Part shown: in pieces, positions 51,568 to 64,000 of the stretch
How the letters are laid out: each line of letters starts with the position of its first letter
Position numbering within the stretch: the first letter of the stretch is position 1
Assembly (NCBI GenBank): GCA_036172245.1
Contig: JAYWIR010000011.1
Coordinates: forward strand, 186,001 to 250,000
DNA: 64,000 nt
Reading direction: 5' to 3'
DNA from: Raillietiella orientalis
Lineage: Eukaryota
The notes under the pieces: generated by a model
What the model saw: only the letters and a program-made list of their open reading frames with translations
What the model was told of the DNA's origin: nothing
The model's database searches: none
Position numbers and translations under genes: made by a program

Positions 51568-51630
51568 CAAGGTCACGGCACCCTGGGCCTGAGGTCACCC
51601 ATCCAGATGCTAACCAGATGGACCAACAGC
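51568..51630 (-). pseudogene. Degenerate 5S rRNA-like fragment (3' half; pseudogene or SINE3-type remnant)
   Basis: Minus strand CTGGTTAGCATCTGGATGGGTGACC...GGGTGCCGTGACCTT resembles the 5S internal control region/3' end GGTTAGTACTTGGATGGG(A/T)GACC...GGGTGCTGT. The 5' half is not recognisable. Confidence 0.45.
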
Positions 51631-54364
51631 AGCAGCATCCTAGGAACAGCGACGCAAACTCGGAGAAAGTCAAACACAGAGCAGCAAGCTAAATGGAACC
51701 AACCACAACCGAGTCGAGAAACAAAACGGAATCCAGATGGTTTGACAAAACGCATCCAAAGAGTTGCACGAACACCTTGAAGTGGCAATCGATGTGCACG
51801 AGAAACGGGAGGAAAAGAGAAGTTCTCCCAACACCACTGCAGTGTACACCGGTTCACACTTTCAAGCTAAACAGAACCGTTTCGGCCCGTTGTCATTTCC
51901 TGCTCCTACTGGGTTCCTCGGAGGTAACGGTAAATTATGCTCCCAAGATGGTCGGCTAAAGCACTTCATCGGGGCTGAGGAAGTACACGTTTTGCTAGGA
52001 GTTCAGGAATCATGAAAGATTTTTTTTTTTTTTTTTTGGGGGGGGGGACAAGAAAAGGAAATTAACAGCTGCACAGGATGCATCTCCCTAGTGCAGGGAG
52101 ATCCTAAGATCGAAGAAAAGAAGATCAGGCAACAAAACCAGCACCACGATTCAGTGACTTTCACTCAACGTACGTCTACGTCTCAAGAGTTTCTGCTCTC
52201 AGCTCAAGCTGATGTGTCAGGAGGAAATCGTACATCTGACTCTACGAATAGTGTCGGGCAGATACTCCTGCAAGAAAGAACCTCTTCACCCTTCTCAAGT
52301 GCACATACACAAGCCTTCATAAAATACTATTCCACACCACGTTCGTTACAGAACCTGAAGGCGAAGAGAAGTAATTTCACTGTTAGCTTATGGTTTCCAT
52401 ACGGAAAACCATAACCTAAAAGGTGGCTCTGACTCGGGATAAGACCAAACGCCATGCCAATGCAAGTGCACCATTAGCGCCATTGCAGAATTTGGTGTCT
52501 TCCATGGTCTGTAAAATGCACTTCCATTCGACGTAGGGCTCGAACACCAAAAATGCTCTTTGATAAATTGACATCTCTGGCAATAAGGAAACGAGACAAG
52601 CCATTGAACCAACACACTGACCACACAAAACTCAGTGTGGTCCTCTGCGTGGACGAAAAAAATCTTCACATGTTTTGAACAATCCCACAAACTACAGCTT
52701 CATACAATCTGGCTGTAAAGTGAATCTCAACAGCTAAGAGCATAAACACAGTTTCATGTAGTCGGACAGCATCGATTAATCATGTGAAATTATCAGGAAG
52801 CAGTGGGAAATCGTTCGTTTTGGCAAATCCTATCGATGCAAATCAAGCAGATCTGCAGAAATCAACGCACGAGGAATCCACAGGTCTTTTCCCCCCACCC
52901 ATTCAGTGGGGAAGCATTACGCAGTCCGATTCCAAATTCCAGCAGAAGTGCAAGTTTCGGGAATTTAAGGAATGTTTTTCGATTCGTGAATTATCACAAA
53001 ACAACGAAGGGTGGAAATCAGTAGAAGACAACCATTACCGCAGATGAAGTTTCAAGTACTCGAATAGTTGAACCTACGGGACGGTGGAGTCGGGACGAAT
53101 ATTTTCCACTGAAAGAGTCCAAAACGATTCTCTATGCCTTGGCAGGCTCAGAAGAGTTTTCCGTTGCCATCACTCGAAATTTTCAGCACACGATATATGC
53201 CTTTAATGCAACCGTGTCTTGTAGTTTTCCATTCATTTCCATTAGCACGTCTCTGCATTGTTTTAAGAGACCTGTACTGTACCAAGGAAAAATACCATCT
53301 TAAATCAAGGGAAAAAAAGGCCTTTGATCAGAGACGCGGCGATACGGACACCGAATAATACCTTTTGTCTATGCTGCTCACAGTTCTGTAAGACTCGTTG
53401 GAGCTACATGTCCAAGGGACTTGTAAAACAGAATTCTTGCGGGAGCGTGAGGAACAGTTCTGCAGTTGTAAGAACAGATGAATAAGGAGCATATGTAGAA
53501 TTGACGATCACTATAAATGCGGAAACTTAGGTCATTAAAAAATTCATTTCTGTTTCCACACCTAGTAACGGGAAACAGTATCCATTTAATTTCCAAAGAG
53601 CAGACTAAGGTAAATGCTTCAGGGACTCTAAGGTATGCTTCACATGCCCTCCGCTTTTAGTGCATTCTTAAGGTATAACAGATATCTTTGAAATTGCATT
53701 TCTATTTGCTTTATATTTGCAATGTTTCCGTACAGCTCATTACTGTTCTTGACGATTTCCACTCTTCATATGCAAATGGCGTGACAATAGCCATTATTGC
53801 ATAATATAGTTTCTTTTTTTTTTTTAAAAAAAAAGATGTAATCCCTGCAAAATTATTAAGGATTATTGGCATAATTTTTCCAATGCCTTAAATGATGAAA
53901 GCCTTTCTCGTGCCTTTGGAAAACGTCGAGCTTAATGACTGTTCATGTGTCTTTTTTCCAGAACGCATGTTACGCAGCGTAATCTTTTTCTGGTCAAGGA
54001 AAACATTTTAGTTAGCATGCATGCATTTCAGATTCCAATCTCACACTGGAGAATGTGTTCCATAAGAGTAGTAGATGCAATCCACCACCTAAGAATGCCT
54101 CTTGGAGTCTTCACTCTGTAACTGAATGACACAGCAACACAGCCAATGAACCGAACAGGCGAGGATCTGCGTGCAATGCAGGTGAATGCATGACACAGGA
54201 CGAAGAAGGCAAACAACCCAAAAACATTAGCATACAGGAAGAGGAAACTGTAATGGTTTACTTCTGCTCTACTCTTGACAGATAACATATAATCAGTTGC
54301 AAGTTACCGTGTACTACGTTTCAGTATTGTAACTACAATGTACGGAAATGAATCAGTGGAGTCC

Positions 54365-54985
54365 GCGCCGGAGGCCACGGAGTCACGGTCTCTGCGCGTG
54401 ATCCCCACCAAGCGTCGCGGGTTCGAATACTCGGCAAGAATCGAAGCCAAGAGATGGGGGTGCGTCGTGGATTCGAATTCCTCTTGCGCGATGACGTCGG
54501 TTGGCTTGCATTCATTCGGGTGCGGCATTGGTAGCGGTTCAAACTGGATACCCTCGATGAGTGGCCGGGATTGGGAGCTGACGCTCCGGGGTCCTTCCAG
54601 GAAACTGAATCAAGGAGGTGCGATTCCTCTCCGTTGTGCGAAGGAGCCGTCTGCCCCCTTCGGGGGAGACTCTGCGTCTCATACCATGAAGCTGGTGGAC
54701 TGATGACACCTCTCCAGAGTGCAAAGAAGCGTGCTGTTCCCTCCAGGAAGCGCCATCCAAAAAAAATTTTGGAAGCGTCCCTTCGGGATTCCCTTCAGAG
54801 GAGTAACAAGGAGCGGTCCCCGTTCGAGTTCTCTCCGGAGACAACCAGGGTGGAGGTCCCCTTCGGGATCCTTCCCAGGCTTGAAAGGAACGGACTCCCT
54901 TCTCCGGAGTCCTTCCTGGATGCATAGGTGGTCCTCTCCCGGGATCCCCCCTATCTTGAAGATGCAATCTACCACTAAGTGGTGG
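54365..54985 (+). mobile_element. tRNA-headed SINE-like dispersed repeat, near full-length copy
   Basis: B-box-like GTCGCGGGTTCGAATAC near 54414-54430; core GGGGTCCTTCCAGGAAACTGAATCAAGGA shared with the 30481 copy; internal subrepeats; end CTATCTTGAAG shared with the 38135 copy. A GC-rich island in AT-rich surroundings. Ends approximate. Confidence 0.75.
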
Positions 54986-57789
54986 GTTGTAGTACATCAC
55001 GTTATTTTCATCCGCAAATATTTCAAAAGTCACATGTTAAATTAATGAATCCATGATAACTATCATTGTGAAAACATTTTCCTAAGTGATGGATGCCTCT
55101 GGTGTAGTCAGTTATAGGACTGAAACTCCAGTCGGGAGTAAGCAACGAAGATCGTCCATGAAGAATAACTTGAACATAAGTATTGTTTCGAATTTGTACG
55201 ATTTGAGAAATCATATCCTCCTGCCGTCTATTTAGAAGTACAAGCATTTTGTAGGTATTCACTATCCACATGGAAATCGACATTTGTACTGAGGATATTT
55301 TGATGACCGTTAACACTTCAGAGAAAACCGATCTTCAAGAACAAATTAGATAAGCGCATGACGGAATTCATTTTTAGAAATTCTGCTATTCCAAATGCGT
55401 TTAGAGGAATGGAATGTCGGAACAAGGTTTTTCGGCTTGAGACTGCTGAGTGTAAACTACAACTGGCTTTCATCTTGTATGAAGAGATCCTCATTGAATT
55501 GTTTTTCAATAGCACAATTTTCAGCGAAATTCACGTTGCATTTTTAGGAAAATTAAAAAATGGATGGGGAATTTTTCTCAATTGCTACAGTCAAATAAGA
55601 GTATAAGAAGTCATCACATTGAGCTAGCTTATATTATTTCACATCATATATCAATTGTAGCAACCATACCAAAATATAGACCGCGATGTTGACGTCTCAA
55701 GGTAACAGTGCAATGGATCAACATTAAAAAATAACGAAATATGTATGGATTCAAATACTCCTGAAGGTACATGTTTACAAAAATGAAAAAGGAGGCAGTA
55801 GAGATTCTGACAATAACAACGAGAAATCATACTTTGAACGGCATCAATTAATGACGCGTCCTGAGTTGGCTCAATGATGTATACCGGAAAAACGAAAAAT
55901 TCTGAAAAGATTCAAGATTAGTAATATGGTGTTCAACTCAAAAAAACACTTTCATGAAATTTCTATCCATCGTGGAAATTGTTTAAAAACTCAAAAACAA
56001 AAAAGACATTTGAAATGGAAGCAATCCTTGATTAGCTTTCCTTTGAACTCAGGTAACTTACTCTGAAGAGATCCTTGTGTATATCAAGTGAATCACTGGA
56101 AACGTTGTAAGGTAAATATGTGAATATATACCAGTGTGATAAGAAATTATTAATGAGAAAACAATCTCGATTTTATTATTCTCAGAGGGGACGAAGGCAC
56201 AAAGAAATTGCCTGCATTCTGATAATGTCAGCAATGTTTTTCAACTCGGATAATAACTTCAAGAGGGACAAAGGAAAGATAAAAGGAAAGATTCCTCTTG
56301 CAAAATCCCTCTGCTGTTTTGAATAAAAAGAAGTAGAGAACAGTTTTTGTTCTCAATAAGAAAACTCGAAGAATTCGAAGGATTACATAAGTAAATTAAT
56401 GTGGAGCATAGTGATGATTTTCTTGTGTCATAACACGAGACTTATAATCATTTAAGTGGATGCAACTTTCCATAATATTTTGCATTGGAACTATTGATTT
56501 TTCCACAAAATCAAAGAATTTATTCAGTCATTTCAGTAAAAAGTTCAAAACAATTCTATATTATGGTGATTTAATTTCTTGGAAATGTATAAAATGCTTG
56601 AGGAGATGTTTTTGCTACTGAGATCGAGGAAACCATCGTCTGAGCAAACCGCAACACAGATTTTTAGGCAAGATAGAAGTCAGCATTTGCAACCAGTATT
56701 CGACATCAGTATTCTTTGTTTTAGAATCACTTGATAAATTATCTCACGAAAAATTCAGAAAGCATGGAGAGTGAAATGACTCTCGTATCTATTTTTCCTT
56801 ACGTAGGAAATTATAGTCATCTGTTCACTTTCCTTTCGCATAATTCTAATTCCTTGGAATATAAGGGAGATAACGTGTTTTTTTTTCTTTACAATCTTTA
56901 GTTACGATCAGAGCAGCTGTGGAGAAAATTCTGACTCTTTGTGGATCTCTTTATAAGGACTCTATTGCAGATGAAATTTGTAAGAGACAAGACTTTTTCC
57001 TTCATCAGCGGTTGCCACGATTCGTTTCCAACAAATATGAAAGGTTTTCTTTCTTCAAATGCTTATCTCAAATCTTCACTCTCCTTTTGCAAAACAGCTT
57101 TGCGTACTTATTGTTGTTTCTTCAAATGCTGAGTGGAAAGTAATCAGTTATGCAAATTGTTGTATTAGCACCATGTAAATCTGTACAATGAGTCAGATTG
57201 TGCGATGGAACTGCATTTCGTTTTTGCTTTCACTAGAGTGGACTTAGCAGTCTCACTTGGCACGAATTACGAAGAAATTATTGTTTATTTTGTCTGTAGG
57301 CATGATGGAATGCATACTTTGGGCTCGTTAGATGACGATGGCACCCTAAAATAGAAGAACAAATGAAATCTGCAGTAGGAAACTAGGGAAATAGGATGCA
57401 CATCCGACGTTCCAAGTTTATTGAAAGCATAGTAGTTGGTTCCATTTCATCCAGATCATGTACTACCCCTTTACAGATATGATACAATGGCTCTCATGCG
57501 ATTATGTATTGCAAGTCCATTAGATTGGCAGTTTAGGTTCCGCTGAAAAGAGTATTAAAAAGAAAAAAAAATCTCATTTAAGGGAATCCTTTGTACTTTT
57601 TTATTTGATAGCCTTAATAAGGATTTTAAGAGGAAAATTGTTAAAATAGAAAACAAGCAAGGTGGACATGCTGCTTCATGTTCTACATAATTGGTAAAAC
57701 AATGTGTGCGGTTCAGCATACAAGAAAAAATGAAGTGTTTGGTAGTGTATTAACTGTTTTTATGTAGTAAATATTGTGTATAGTAAAGC

Positions 57790-63458
<5,669 letters not shown>

Positions 63459-64000
63459 GTGAGACTTATTTCACTTTATATTTCAATATTCAAATTTTGT
63501 TTAAGGAATTTGTTTGCATAGTAAAAGCAAAGTAAATGATAAGGTGCTATTTTAGCCTTTGAACTGTAAACTTATTTCATTTCATCAGAAGTGAATCTGT
63601 GTAGTCAGGCTGAAGCATAATTTTTTTAGTCATGTGTTCTAAAGATATTTCGATGATTGATGTTGTTTCATGATAAATTTCTAGTTTTCTTTGATGTGTT
63701 TCATTATTTTCTTTTGCTTTTTGCAAGTTCGGCGAAAGAATTTTTGAGCTCTCTAACTGCATATTTTTGTGAATAGATTTTACTGTGGAGTTGCGTAACA
63801 TTAATAATTAAGGAGTCATATGTTATTATCTGCATGCATGTGCACATTAGTAGTTATGTAGTCATGCATAATGGTAGAGTCAGATAAATTTATCATTGCT
63901 AGTTTAATCAGAAACCACCATAGACAGTTTTAAGAAATTGTATTTAGCTATCCTGTAGTGATAGGTAAAACAAAATTCATTACACTTCACAAGCATTACA

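Noticed and set aside
54071..54982. Similar ~23-mers at 54073 and 54960 as a target-site duplication
   Set aside because: Imperfect match, and the right copy resembles the family's own 3' end in other copies; it cannot be distinguished from a solo tail.
56980..57040. Minus-strand GAAAC...CTGATGA hammerhead-like order
   Set aside because: No valid NUH cleavage triplet or stem I pairing.

Overview
Eukaryotic genomic DNA, almost certainly arthropod, with spliceosomal introns and four recognisable protein-coding genes. (1) A laminin-type integrin alpha (PS1/mew-like) on + at 26822-37074; its first exon is not visible, so bases 1-26821 appear to be one very long GC/CpG-rich intron. (2) A single-coding-exon deNEDDylase SENP8/DEN1 on +. 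(3) An 8-exon INPP5K/SKIP-like inositol 5-phosphatase with a SKICH domain on -. (4) Cullin-2 on +, running off the right edge, with a U12-type first intron. Most ORFs in the supplied track for 1-39 kb are GC-driven noise. The window switches from GC/CpG-rich to AT-rich/CpG-poor at about 39-41 kb. Most interesting observations: a 24-nt integrin microexon followed by a cluster of CUAAC (HOW/QKI-type) motifs; a possible stop-removing splice giving a long alternative integrin tail; a dispersed tRNA-headed repeat family with internal ~40-bp subrepeats carrying UUCG hairpins; a pre-miRNA-sized hairpin; 39-49 nt introns; and a templated-insertion scar. All exon structures were derived by hand from splice signals, reading frame and recalled protein motifs; no database search was run.
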